This document shows positions 10,094 to 19,263 of a stretch of DNA of 41,153 bases, one piece after another; the stretch's first letter is position 1, and every line of letters begins with the position of its first letter. A program made the translations under genes and the position numbers. Source of the stretch: a virus. Under the pieces are notes generated by a model. The model was not told where the DNA came from and did no database searches. It saw nothing but the letters and a program-made list of their open reading frames with translations. Where the stretch lies: IMG/VR virus record IMGVR_UViG_3300045988_161654, one strand, 5' to 3'.

Positions 10094-11526
10094 TTTCTTA
10101 CTCCTATCTTATCTACAAAAGGAATCCAGCTATATTGACAACTATTAACCATGTGATCGTTTGCATCTTCTGGTTCATTGTCTTTGTCCTCTTTCCAGCT
10201 GTAGACATCTAATTCATTACAATAGTTTTCACAGGTATCAACAATAAAATAACACTCATCCTTGAACCAACCAAGTTGAGTGTTTATTCTGTCTATTATC
10301 TCCATTTTTGCTTTCCAAGCATTATTAAATATGTATATACAACCAGTTTTTCTCTTATATTTTGCAAATTCTTTTATTGTTGCTTGGTCTGCACTATCAA
10401 TAAATGTGTTTTTTGCCAATCCCCACTCTTTTCTGTTTCTCTCTAAGAAATCAATAAAATTCTTTACTGTATCGCTAGGTGCAAGTGGTTCTTCTAAATC
10501 AGCATTGTTATAAACTCTTTCATCTAGTAAAATATATTTTCCTTTGTTAGTTATACCTGCAAAAGACATTGCAATAGTATCAGGGCTTAAAGAACTATAA
10601 GATGTATCTAATGCTGCCGTAAATTGTATAAAATGTTCATTTGTTTCTTTTTTAGTTTTATATTTTATATTTAACTGTATAACTTCCGCTTCGTTTTGAT
10701 TTTTTAAATATTGTTTTGCCTCTTCTTTCGTTATACAATGTTTTCTTCTATCAAAATTAAGAAAAACAAGCCCTGTTGACTTGCCTCGTAAACCTTTTAT
10801 TTTATTTTTCCATAATTTTGTACCTACAGGAACAGAATCAATAATCTTCTTTTTCTTTTCTGGTGTTAAACTTTTATTATGGTCAAAAGTAAAATACCAC
10901 CAAGTCCAATCATCCGTTTGAGGTTGATTTAACATTTCAAGCAACTCAAGTGGAGCATCATTTTTATATTTATCTATTGGCCTTGCATGATTAACAAATT
11001 GTGAATAACATTCTTTGTTTGGATCATCTGGATTCATTGTACATAACCTGTAGTCTGCCCTCATAAATGCTTCTCTAACAAATTCCATATCTGCTATGTT
11101 GAACTCGTCTATAAATAATCCATAACATTGGCCACCTAATGCTTTCTTCCATCTTGCTTTGTTGTCATATCCTAAAACATAAATAATTTTATTGCCTTTT
11201 GGTGTATGATAAACAATATGAGGTAGTTTGATATTCTTTGCACCATTTGAGTGATATTCTATCGCTCCACCTTTCTCATAATCTCCAAATATATCTATCA
11301 AACCATGGTCTGAATTAATTATGTTTTTTTCTATTGTTCCTAAGTCTAATCCAGCAATAATGCTTGGTTTTGAAGAATTATCATTTGCAACCTTAAACAT
11401 AAACTTTGGAATACCAACTGTTGTTTTTCCTGCAAATGTTGTTCCTTCCAGAAATTCTGTACTTGCATCATATTTTAAAAAGTCAATATATTTTTCTGAT
11501 AGTGGAAATGCTTCATCTTCATTCAT
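10090..11526 (-). CDS. terL: Terminase large subunit
   Basis: Walker A-like GTTFAGKTT and Walker B-like LFIDEF. C-terminal nuclease-type acidic residues. Start ATG 11526 follows AGGTGGTGG. Confidence 0.85.
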   Translation of the reverse strand: MNEDEAFPLSEKYIDFLKYDASTEFLEGTTFAGKTTVGIPKFMFKVANDNSSKPSIIAGLDLGTIEKNIINSDHGLIDIFGDYEKGGAIEYHSNGAKNIKLPHIVYHTPKGNKIIYVLGYDNKARWKKALGGQCYGLFIDEFNIADMEFVREAFMRADYRLCTMNPDDPNKECYSQFVNHARPIDKYKNDAPLELLEMLNQPQTDDWTWWYFTFDHNKSLTPEKKKKIIDSVPVGTKLWKNKIKGLRGKSTGLVFLNFDRRKHCITKEEAKQYLKNQNEAEVIQLNIKYKTKKETNEHFIQFTAALDTSYSSLSPDTIAMSFAGITNKGKYILLDERVYNNADLEEPLAPSDTVKNFIDFLERNRKEWGLAKNTFIDSADQATIKEFAKYKRKTGCIYIFNNAWKAKMEIIDRINTQLGWFKDECYFIVDTCENYCNELDVYSWKEDKDNEPEDANDHMVNSCQYSWIPFVDKIGVRK

Positions 11527-12169
11527 TTGCACCACCACCTAATTGCCTGTTTATACTTTCTAATAATGGATTAGTTGCAACAACATTTAAATTTAATGTT
11601 TTATCCTCACCATCATTTATCTTATTTAAACTTTCTATACATTTTCTTTTGGCTTCTTGAACCCTTGTAAGTCCCTCTTCTATTCTTTGAATTAAATTTA
11701 TTGTCGGTTCTGCTTCAGTTATTGTTTCTGTTTCCGACTTACTATTTTTCTTTCTTATAAAATCTATTGTCATATCTTTTTGTTCATTTAATTTTTTTAT
11801 TCGTTTTAACATTCTTTTTTCTCTAATAGTAAGAATCTTATATTCTTCCATCAATAACTGCTCTACATCATCAACTTGATAATTTTCATATAAATCTAAT
11901 TCGTCTTCATCTAATACATCTTTATATATATTTTCATATTCTCCTGTAGTAACAGCATTTTTATTTCCTATTTCTGCACCTGTTCCACCTTTGTTTCCTA
12001 GTGCATTTTTATTTCCCATTTGTGCTTTGCTTTTTGTCCTGGTTAATTTATATTTATATACTATACTTCGTAATTCTGCTTGTGTAATGTTGTATTTTTG
12101 CTTTATGTCATTGTATTTCATACCTTGTAAATAATCATTTTTTATTTGTTCTATTTTTGCTTCTGTCAA
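11519..12169 (-). CDS. terS: Terminase small subunit
   Basis: N-terminal HTH-like segment and repeated GNKNA motifs typical of small terminases. Directly upstream of terL. Confidence 0.7.
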   Translation of the reverse strand: MTEAKIEQIKNDYLQGMKYNDIKQKYNITQAELRSIVYKYKLTRTKSKAQMGNKNALGNKGGTGAEIGNKNAVTTGEYENIYKDVLDEDELDLYENYQVDDVEQLLMEEYKILTIREKRMLKRIKKLNEQKDMTIDFIRKKNSKSETETITEAEPTINLIQRIEEGLTRVQEAKRKCIESLNKINDGEDKTLNLNVVATNPLLESINRQLGGGANE

Positions 12170-12188
12170 TACAAATCACCCACCTCCA

Positions 12189-13379
12189 TTACTTTTCTAG
12201 AATTGCTTTTTCTCCAGTTAGGTTTTCCCATCTTTTTATTATTACATCACAATATTTAGGATCAAGTTCCATTGTATAGCACCTTCTTTGTGTTTGTTCT
12301 GCTGCTATCAATGTCGAACCACTTCCACCAAATAAATCAAGTATTAAATCATTTTCTTTACTTGAATTTTTAATTAGATATACTAACAAATCAACAGGTT
12401 TCATAGTTGGATGTTCTGCATTTCTTGAAGGCTTGTCAAATTCTAAAACTGTACTTTGTTTTCTATTATCTACAAAATAATGTCCTGCTCCTGGTTTCCA
12501 TCCGTATAAAATAGGTTCGTGTCTCCATTGATAATCTTGTCTACCCATAACAAACGTATTCTTTACCCATACCAAACATTGTGCTAATTTAAAACCACAC
12601 GATTTAAAAGCATTTCTAAAGTTTAATCCTTCTGTATCTGCATGAAATACATAAGCTGAACCTCCATATTTTATTGAATCAAACATATTTTTAAATGAGT
12701 CTAATAGAAAATTATAAAATTCTGTTTCACTCATATTGTCATTTTCAATTTTTAATGCTTCTGATGTTTTTCCTTCATAATCCACATTGTATGGTGGATC
12801 AGTAAGAAGCATATCCGCTTCTTGGCTATTCATAAGGTGCATAACATCTTCTTTTTGTGTACTATCACCGCACATCAACCTATTTTTACCTAATATCCAA
12901 ACATCGCCTCTTTTTGAAATTGGTTCTTCAATTTCATCTAATGCCTGGTCTAAATCAAAATCATCTTCTTTTGACCCTGTTATGTCTTTTAGTATTTCGT
13001 CAACTTCATCAAAACTAAAACCTGTGATATCCATATCAATATCCGTTTGCTTTAATTCTGCAAGCAATTCTTCAAGTTTATCATTATCCCAATCGCCACT
13101 AATCTTATTTAATGCAATATTTAGTGCCTTTTCTTTTTTTTGGTCTAAATCCACAACAACACATTCAACTTCAGTATAACCTAGTTCTTTCAATACTTTT
13201 AATCTTTGATGGCCACCTATAACTGTCATATTTGAATTAACTATTACAGGTGCTACATACCCAAATTCAGTAATGCTTTTCTTTATTTTTTGATACTCTT
13301 CGTCTTCTGGTTTTAAATCTTTTCTTGGATTGTATTCCGCTGGTTTTAGACTTTCTATTTTTATTTTTTGAATATTCAT
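12189..13379 (-). CDS. ParB-like nuclease domain fused to DNA methyltransferase (DPPY type)
   Basis: ParB motifs (IESLKPAEYNPR, GGHQR). Methyltransferase motifs DPPY and FGGSGS. Start set to ATG 13379, 7 nt after AAGGAG. Confidence 0.8.
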   Translation of the reverse strand: MNIQKIKIESLKPAEYNPRKDLKPEDEEYQKIKKSITEFGYVAPVIVNSNMTVIGGHQRLKVLKELGYTEVECVVVDLDQKKEKALNIALNKISGDWDNDKLEELLAELKQTDIDMDITGFSFDEVDEILKDITGSKEDDFDLDQALDEIEEPISKRGDVWILGKNRLMCGDSTQKEDVMHLMNSQEADMLLTDPPYNVDYEGKTSEALKIENDNMSETEFYNFLLDSFKNMFDSIKYGGSAYVFHADTEGLNFRNAFKSCGFKLAQCLVWVKNTFVMGRQDYQWRHEPILYGWKPGAGHYFVDNRKQSTVLEFDKPSRNAEHPTMKPVDLLVYLIKNSSKENDLILDLFGGSGSTLIAAEQTQRRCYTMELDPKYCDVIIKRWENLTGEKAILEK

Positions 13380-13478
13380 TTTCATACTCCTTAGAACAAC
13401 TGTTTTCATATCTGCAACATTTGCACTTTCTTAACATACATCTTCCCAAATCCATAGATTTACCTCTTTTGTAATTAT

Positions 13479-13552
13479 TGGTTGCGGACATAGGATTCGA
13501 ACCTCGTCTAGGAGTTATGAGCCCCTTGTGCTTCCATTGCACCATCTCCGCA
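13479..13552 (-). tRNA. tRNA-like element with CAT anticodon (Met/Ile2 type), imperfect cloverleaf
   Basis: The minus strand reads GCGGAGA TG GTGC AATGGAA GCAC A AGGGG CTCATAA CTCCT AGA CGAGG TTCGAAT CCTAT GTCCGCA A CCA. D arm, anticodon arm and GTTCGAATC T-loop are good. The T-stem has only 3 Watson-Crick pairs, and the acceptor stem has a G/G mismatch or register problem. Confidence 0.55.
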
Positions 13553-13556
13553 ATAT

Positions 13557-13580
13557 AAAAAAGCCACCGCTTCTGGTGAC
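13557..13580 (-). terminator. Rho-independent terminator candidate
   Basis: The minus strand reads GTCACC AGAAGC GGTGGC followed by TTTTTT. The stem is 6 bp with one G-U pair. It lies 5 nt upstream of the tRNA-like element. Confidence 0.5.
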
Positions 13581-13617
13581 TTCTCGAAAGGAAAAAATAT
13601 GAACAACTAAAGGCATT

Positions 13618-13669
13618 GTATTACAGTAATACCAATTATAATTATAACAGATTGTTTTTTGCCATTCTA
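13618..13669 (-). promoter_or_regulatory. Extended -10 promoter (TGTTATAAT, tandem TATAAT) with a 15-bp perfect palindrome just downstream
   Basis: On the minus strand: TAGAAT (13664..13669), a 17-nt spacer, then TGTTATAAT (13641..13649). The palindrome GTATTACTGTAATAC lies at 13618..13632. Confidence 0.45.
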
Positions 13670-13700
13670 CGGACAAAATATGTAAATTTTATAGACAAAA

Positions 13701-14126
13701 TTAAGACATTTTGTTTTTATTGTATTCTTTTTGCATAATTCTTATTGATCTATCAATAGTTTTTTGTATAGCACCATATCCTCTGTCTTTTTTAGTTGCA
13801 ATCTCTTCAATACTCATCATTTGATAATATCTCATATCAATAATGTCTTGGTTATACTTTTTTAGAGTTTTTACTAAATCTTCTACAACTTTTATTTTGT
13901 TTTCAGTCTTTTCAATATACCTTTCTTTTTTTCTAATTTTGTCTTCCCTATTTATAATTTCCTCTTCTATATTTGAAGCAGTATAACCCTTAGGCTTTGG
14001 CATACCATCTAAGTTTGCACTTTTTAAGTCTCCAATTTCATTTTGCAAGTCTTTTATTTCTCCTTGTACTATTGTTATACTTGCTTTAATAGAATTATAA
14101 TTTTCTAATACTTCCTGCACATTCAT
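13701..14126 (-). CDS. Late transcription regulator candidate (sigma-70 region 4-like HTH; ArpU/RinA/DUF1492-like)
   Basis: Coiled-coil N-terminus. C-terminal segment (DIIDMRYYQMMSIEEIATKKDRGYGAIQKTIDRSIRIM) resembles a region-4 HTH. It occupies the classic position upstream of the packaging genes. Start ATG 14126 lies 8 nt after AGGAGG. Confidence 0.55.
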   Translation of the reverse strand: MNVQEVLENYNSIKASITIVQGEIKDLQNEIGDLKSANLDGMPKPKGYTASNIEEEIINREDKIRKKERYIEKTENKIKVVEDLVKTLKKYNQDIIDMRYYQMMSIEEIATKKDRGYGAIQKTIDRSIRIMQKEYNKNKMS

Positions 14127-14138
14127 CTTTTGCACCTC

Positions 14139-14303
14139 CTAAAACTTAAATATAGCAAATGTAAGCATTATGCTAACAACTATTTCAATTAAATTCATAA
14201 ATCTATTTTTGTTATCTTTATATTGGTTATTCATTCCATCAACAATTTTTGAAACTGCATAGAACCCCATAAAAAACACAAAAATTGCTTTAATTATAGC
14301 CAT
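14139..14303 (-). CDS. Small membrane protein (54 aa, below ORF-track cutoff)
   Basis: My translation is MAIIKAIFVFFMGFYAVSKIV...IEIVVSIMLTFAIFKF. A GGAGGTG RBS sits 6 nt upstream. The stop overlaps the RBS of the next gene. Confidence 0.45.
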   Translation of the reverse strand: MAIIKAIFVFFMGFYAVSKIVDGMNNQYKDNKNRFMNLIEIVVSIMLTFAIFKF

Positions 14304-14343
14304 ATTTAACACCTCCTACTCATTAGTTATTCGAGTTTGTTTT

Positions 14344-14544
14344 TTATTTTGGGAAAGAAAGGATGTCTCCTTTACTTTCCTTTTGAAGTATATTTATTTC
14401 TTCTGGTTTAACTCTGTGAATTATAACTTCCACATCCTTGTTGCTATTTATTAATTGAACTTCATATATATTTGCATCTTGATGTTTCATCATATTTAAT
14501 ATAATTCCTTTTCTACCTCTAATTTCTACTTCCACATTTAACAC
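14344..14544 (-). CDS. Hypothetical protein
   Basis: 66-aa ORF overlapping the stop of the upstream gene, consistent with translational coupling. Confidence 0.4.
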   Translation of the reverse strand: MLNVEVEIRGRKGIILNMMKHQDANIYEVQLINSNKDVEVIIHRVKPEEINILQKESKGDILSFPK

Positions 14545-14831
14545 CTCTTTTCAAAATATTCTCTAATACATTGTTCACACTCGCCTAAGCTCATTGGATC
14601 ACAATTATTATGCCTTTTTGTTTTGCAACATATAGTTTCTTCATTATCTAGGGATGCTATATATTGACACATAGCATCTATAATCTTATTTTGTTTTTGC
14701 AACATACCTTTGTATGTTTTATATTTTTGTCTATCTGTTTTCATATATATACATTTAGAACATATTTCTTTAGCAACCTTATCTCGTGCTGCATAACCTT
14801 TATAAAAATCGTCATTTTCTATATTATTCAT
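14538..14831 (-). CDS. Cysteine-rich hypothetical protein
   Basis: 97-aa ORF containing nine Cys residues (several in CxxC-type spacing). No family recognised. Confidence 0.4.
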   Translation of the reverse strand: MNNIENDDFYKGYAARDKVAKEICSKCIYMKTDRQKYKTYKGMLQKQNKIIDAMCQYIASLDNEETICCKTKRHNNCDPMSLGECEQCIREYFEKRC

Positions 14832-14833
14832 GT

Positions 14834-15331
14834 TTACTTTTCCTCCACTTCAACATAAGAAAAATTATAATGTTTTGCAATTAAATATGATGTATAGCCA
14901 TCAATTAAATTATTTTGATTATCTACAACAATTGGAACTTCAAAATTTTGATTCGTATCAAAATATGTATATCTTCTTTTAAGCTTATCCTTATTTGGTG
15001 CTTTAAATTTTCTAGGTATTTTTATATCTGATATTTTTATTATTTTTTTCTTTTTATTAATATGTTTTAATAAATCATTTATCATATTGTCTTGTATTTT
15101 AATATGTTCTTCTTGTAGATCTACTATCACATCCTTTCCTTTTATCAATTTTGCATTACAATATTCTATTACTGCAATATTTCCCCATAACAAAGCAACT
15201 ATTATCCAAACAAATTCTTTTTCAACAATTGCCATAATTATTTCAAAAATAACCATTAAAATATAAAAAGCTATCATTCTTTTATTTCTTTTATCTAATT
15301 TAGTCATTTCTTTCCAAGTTTTATTATCCAT
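14834..15331 (-). CDS. Membrane-anchored protein with ParB N-terminal-like domain
   Basis: Two N-terminal hydrophobic helices. C-terminal segment ISDIKIP...PIVVDNQNNLIDGYTSYLIAKHYNFSYVEV follows the ParB/Srx pattern, with DGYTSY replacing DGHHR. Confidence 0.45.
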   Translation of the reverse strand: MDNKTWKEMTKLDKRNKRMIAFYILMVIFEIIMAIVEKEFVWIIVALLWGNIAVIEYCNAKLIKGKDVIVDLQEEHIKIQDNMINDLLKHINKKKKIIKISDIKIPRKFKAPNKDKLKRRYTYFDTNQNFEVPIVVDNQNNLIDGYTSYLIAKHYNFSYVEVEEK

Positions 15332-15336
15332 TATTT

Positions 15337-15654
15337 TTATTCCTCCTTCAATAATTCTTTTAAAGTTCCAATTTTCAACGAAATGTCATCGCACATTTCT
15401 CCATCAAACTCTCCATCCTGCCATTCTGCATGTTCTCTACCTGCATAAAAATCAAACTCTTTTTCCAATTCTTTTATTTTATTTTTAATTTTTTCTTTAC
15501 TTATATAATTTTTATCAATAAATTTTTGCAACTTTTTTTCAAAATTTTTATTTAATGTACTTACCGCACTAACTCCATCAGGATTGCTCTTAAAAGATGT
15601 ATTCCAATCACTTTTATTATCAGCTTCTGGAAATTTTATATCTTTTATTTCCAT
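15337..15654 (-). CDS. Hypothetical protein
   Basis: 105-aa ORF in the early operon, tightly packed. Confidence 0.4.
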   Translation of the reverse strand: MEIKDIKFPEADNKSDWNTSFKSNPDGVSAVSTLNKNFEKKLQKFIDKNYISKEKIKNKIKELEKEFDFYAGREHAEWQDGEFDGEMCDDISLKIGTLKELLKEE

Positions 15655-16092
15655 TTAAACCACCACCCATTTTAACTTTTGTTGTTCTTCTGTTGGATTC
15701 CATTGTTTCCATATATCTTCACTATATTTAATTAACCTCATTTTATTTTTATCATATTCTGTAATACAATATTCATTAGCTTTAAATCTATCATTAAAAC
15801 CACATAGCAAATTTACCAAATCTTCCATAGGATTTCCTGTACTTTTTATCGGTCTTGCATAAATTCCATAAGTTCTATTCAAATTCTCATTAGTTTCAAA
15901 TACTGCACATACATCGAATGTTGCTATTCCACTTAAAAAGTGCATTGCCTCTTCTGGTTTATATTCTTCTAAGTTTAGGAAACAAAAACCAATTGAATTT
16001 GTTCTTCCTTCATGTTTTTTATTATTTTTCAAAGTAAAACTATTTCTATACTTTTCAAATTCTACTTTTGACATAAATCTAAATACTTTCAT
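15655..16092 (-). CDS. Hypothetical protein
   Basis: 145-aa ORF in the early operon. Confidence 0.4.
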   Translation of the reverse strand: MKVFRFMSKVEFEKYRNSFTLKNNKKHEGRTNSIGFCFLNLEEYKPEEAMHFLSGIATFDVCAVFETNENLNRTYGIYARPIKSTGNPMEDLVNLLCGFNDRFKANEYCITEYDKNKMRLIKYSEDIWKQWNPTEEQQKLKWVVV

Positions 16093-16609
16093 TTAATTCA
16101 TATCCTACTTTCTCTAATTCATTTTTCGTTATAATCTTTTTTATTTTTATTTGGTTAAGAGCATATCCATCTACTCCCAAATAAGACTTGTTTGCTCTGT
16201 ATGTATATTTTCTCACTACTCCAGTTTTTGTTATTTTGGATGTTATTGAATAAATTACAATATCTCCTTCTTCTATTAGTTCTGTTATTTTCTTATTATG
16301 TTTCAAAATTTGATCATCACCAATACTATCTAATGCTTCTAACTTAGAATCATCCTCAGTATAAATTGGCAATAAACAAACCTTATCTATTCCATAAATT
16401 TGATATTCCTCATCTATAACTTCAAAACTTACAATTTTTCTAATTGCTCCTGTACATGTCTTTATATATTCATTTAGTTCAATTAAAACTTTTTCATTTG
16501 AACATCTATAATTTCCATCCATTGTCTTTACTATATTACATAAATCTTTAATATTATTTCTATTTATACACTTTGAACATCTATTTTTTATGTATTCTTT
16601 TTCATTCAT
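16079..16609 (-). CDS. Hypothetical protein (N-terminal Cys cluster)
   Basis: 176-aa ORF. Its stop and start overlap the neighbouring genes. Confidence 0.4.
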   Translation of the reverse strand: MNEKEYIKNRCSKCINRNNIKDLCNIVKTMDGNYRCSNEKVLIELNEYIKTCTGAIRKIVSFEVIDEEYQIYGIDKVCLLPIYTEDDSKLEALDSIGDDQILKHNKKITELIEEGDIVIYSITSKITKTGVVRKYTYRANKSYLGVDGYALNQIKIKKIITKNELEKVGYELNESI

Positions 16610-17028
16610 TTATTTTTTCCTCCTAGTATATTTATTAAATCCCAACTGGGATTACCTTCTGCAGATATTGTTTTGCTCCCTCTTTTTAATGTTGCTATTG
16701 CTGTGTCTACATCTATCATCCTTACATCAGTTCCTTCAAAGCATATTAAAAAATATGCTTTGAGTCCTGCATTTTTACATTTCTTCATTTCATCACATTG
16801 CTTTATATCTTTATCAACCATTCGCCATTTTCTGGTTTTACATTCTTTTGCATCAAATACTGCTTTATAATTTGGAAGAAATATCTCATAATCAAATGGT
16901 TCTCCTTTTATATATGTTCCATCTTGTAATCGTTCTGCATGATTTTTGTGTGCATGTCCCCCTATTGCCTCTACATACTCACATACTTTTTTAATTTGAT
17001 TTTCAAATATGTATCCTCTTCTTGGCAT
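16606..17028 (-). CDS. RecU-like Holliday junction resolvase
   Basis: GEPFDY...FDAKECK pattern matches the D...D-x-K-E catalytic arrangement of RecU-family resolvases. Size is 140 aa. Confidence 0.6.
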   Translation of the reverse strand: MPRRGYIFENQIKKVCEYVEAIGGHAHKNHAERLQDGTYIKGEPFDYEIFLPNYKAVFDAKECKTRKWRMVDKDIKQCDEMKKCKNAGLKAYFLICFEGTDVRMIDVDTAIATLKRGSKTISAEGNPSWDLINILGGKNK

Positions 17029-17262
17029 TTAATCACCTATCTTTCTTCCACACATTGGGCAATAATTTATATCAAAAAAGACTCCATTTCCCCCACATTC
17101 AGTAATCATTATTCCTGCCTTTTTATCAGATGCCCCTTTCATAATCCAACTTCTATATTTTATCCATTCTTCCTTGTATCCTGCTGTTTTTTGCAATTCA
17201 AAATCTTTTCCACTAAATGCTTCAATTCTGTTATCATAATCATTGCAATATTTACATTTCAT
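17029..17262 (-). CDS. Small zinc-ribbon protein
   Basis: CxxC pairs at both ends (CKYC ... CPMC). Confidence 0.4.
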   Translation of the reverse strand: MKCKYCNDYDNRIEAFSGKDFELQKTAGYKEEWIKYRSWIMKGASDKKAGIMITECGGNGVFFDINYCPMCGRKIGD

Positions 17263-17273
17263 ATACTACTCAC

Positions 17274-18776
17274 CTACCTATAAAATAATCTATTCAATAT
17301 TTGTGTTGCTTGCATCTTATTTAATTGATCAGTATCAAAGTCCTTCATAAATCTTTTAATCATATTTACTTGCTTTTCACTCGCAGGTACTTTTCCCCAT
17401 TTTCTCATCATATCAACATTCCAAATATATTCTACATCTGCATAATTTTCTTTCAAATATAAATATGCTTCGTCAAAGGCTCTTTGCATAGTTACTTTCT
17501 TCCCATTCCAAATTGTTTTTCCAAGTTCATCTTGTGCAGGAATTACAATCCTTCTTTTAGGAATACTTACAACCATATTCCCATTTGGCATTTTGAAATA
17601 ATTTACTCCATGAGTATTGTAGCTTTGCTCTTTCGCCCATAAATCAACTATTTCAACATTTCTTATCCAACTACCTGGGCAATCTGATTTTTTAGTTATT
17701 ATCTCAGGTAGTTCAAATAAATCTCCTTGAATTTCATCTTGCTTATTTGCAGGAACAGTATTTATATCTACACCCAACAATGATGGGGCTGTACACAAAT
17801 TTGCTCTTCCTGTTGTTCCTACTAAATCTATTAGTGTCAATTTATCTTTTCCTGGATAAAGCCTTAATCCTCTTCCTACCATTTGAGTATATAAAGAACT
17901 GTTTGAAGTTGGCCTTGCTATCATTACTGTTTCAACAAGTGGCATATCCGTTCCTTCTGTAAATATCATACAATTAACAAGTACAGGTATTTCTCTATTA
18001 GTAAATTTTCTTATTAATTCTTCTCTATTTTTTGTCTTTGCCGTTACAGCTACCGCTCCTGGTATTTTCTCTGCAATTGCTTCAGCATGTTCTACACTAC
18101 AAGCAAATATTAGTGTTTGTCCTTTTGCATATTTCTTGTAAGCTTCAGCTATTGCATTGTTTAATACATCTTGGTTCATTGCTTCTTCAAGTTCTCCTGG
18201 TGCAAAATCCCCCATCCTTCTTGCAACTTTTGAAATATCATAACCAATATTTACTCTCATGCAATAAATATCCGTTAAGTAATGATTTTTTATTGCCCAT
18301 TTTATGTCTCTTTCAAAAATAATATCTTGAAATACATCATCTAATCTTACATTGTCTCCCCTATTAGGTGTCGCTGTAAATCCCAAGTGCAATCTTGGCT
18401 TAAAATATTCATATATTTTTTTATAACTAGTTGCTGCAGCATGATGTGCTTCGTCTGTAATTATCATATCAAAATCATCTGGCTTGAATTTTTCTAACCT
18501 ATGTGTTAAACTCATTACTGAAGCAATTACGACTGGTTCGTTGTTGCTCTTATGATTTGCCATTTCAATTCCAACAGGGCAATCATAATATTTGATTGGT
18601 TGTGTAACTAGTTCTTCTCTGTGTGCTAAAACTAGTACACGACCTTTCCTTTTTATATTCGTAAAAGTTGCAGTTTTTCCACATCCTGTTGCCATTTGTA
18701 TTAAATATGACCCTGGATCTAATTTGTCTATTATTTCAATACATTCTTCTTGATAATCTCTTAGTTTTAATTTCAT
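17274..18776 (-). CDS. SF2 DEAD/DEAH-box helicase (type III restriction res-subunit-like)
   Basis: Walker A (ATGCGKT), DEAH box (ITDEAHH), motif III (TATP), motif VI (QMVGRGLR). Confidence 0.8.
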   Translation of the reverse strand: MKLKLRDYQEECIEIIDKLDPGSYLIQMATGCGKTATFTNIKRKGRVLVLAHREELVTQPIKYYDCPVGIEMANHKSNNEPVVIASVMSLTHRLEKFKPDDFDMIITDEAHHAAATSYKKIYEYFKPRLHLGFTATPNRGDNVRLDDVFQDIIFERDIKWAIKNHYLTDIYCMRVNIGYDISKVARRMGDFAPGELEEAMNQDVLNNAIAEAYKKYAKGQTLIFACSVEHAEAIAEKIPGAVAVTAKTKNREELIRKFTNREIPVLVNCMIFTEGTDMPLVETVMIARPTSNSSLYTQMVGRGLRLYPGKDKLTLIDLVGTTGRANLCTAPSLLGVDINTVPANKQDEIQGDLFELPEIITKKSDCPGSWIRNVEIVDLWAKEQSYNTHGVNYFKMPNGNMVVSIPKRRIVIPAQDELGKTIWNGKKVTMQRAFDEAYLYLKENYADVEYIWNVDMMRKWGKVPASEKQVNMIKRFMKDFDTDQLNKMQATQILNRLFYR

Positions 18777-19174
18777 ATTGTCACCCCATTTCTCTGCATT
18801 TTTTCTTTTGAAAATTCTATTACTTTTTTACATTGCTCTATTTCAAACATTCCAATGTGTGTCTCTTCTCGTGGAAGTCCCATTTTCCTTGCTAAATATC
18901 CATAAGCATTATATCTTGTTGTTATTCTAGTTGGTTTTTTCCATATTCGGTCAAACCAAAAATGTGCTTCTTTTCTCCATTCTCGTAATTCAGCATTTGC
19001 TAGTGTTCCTAGTGGTGTATCTGTTCCTGGATGAACCCCTACAAATGCTCTACAATTTCTGCATAAATAACATTTTCCTGTTCCATATTCTTTGCCATAT
19101 ATTTCTGCATTTGAAGTATAAACTACTGGACTTCCACAATACCTACATATTGTTGGTTTTTCCACTTTTTTCAC
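18773..19174 (-). CDS. Zinc-finger protein (DUF3268-like)
   Basis: CRYCGSP...CYLCRNC zinc ribbon. GTG start in a GTGA overlap with the upstream small ORF. Confidence 0.45.
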   Translation of the reverse strand: MKKVEKPTICRYCGSPVVYTSNAEIYGKEYGTGKCYLCRNCRAFVGVHPGTDTPLGTLANAELREWRKEAHFWFDRIWKKPTRITTRYNAYGYLARKMGLPREETHIGMFEIEQCKKVIEFSKEKMQRNGVTI

Positions 19175-19263
19175 TCCTCTTCATCTCTTACTATTTGCAA
19201 AATACACATTAGAGTAACTCCTATTAAATTTCCTATAAATAATCCAATTAAAAATTTAATCAT
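19171..19263 (-). CDS. Small membrane peptide (30 aa)
   Basis: MIKFLIGLFIGNLIGVTLMCILQIVRDEEE. ATGA overlap with the upstream stop and GTGA overlap with the downstream start. Confidence 0.35.
   Translation of the reverse strand: MIKFLIGLFIGNLIGVTLMCILQIVRDEEE

Noticed and set aside
13267-13545. Minus-strand 92-aa ORF overlapping the tRNA-like element and the start of the ParB-methylase gene
   Set aside because: It overlaps a tRNA-like structure and the better-supported methylase start. Its composition is highly basic and low-complexity, and it has no RBS.
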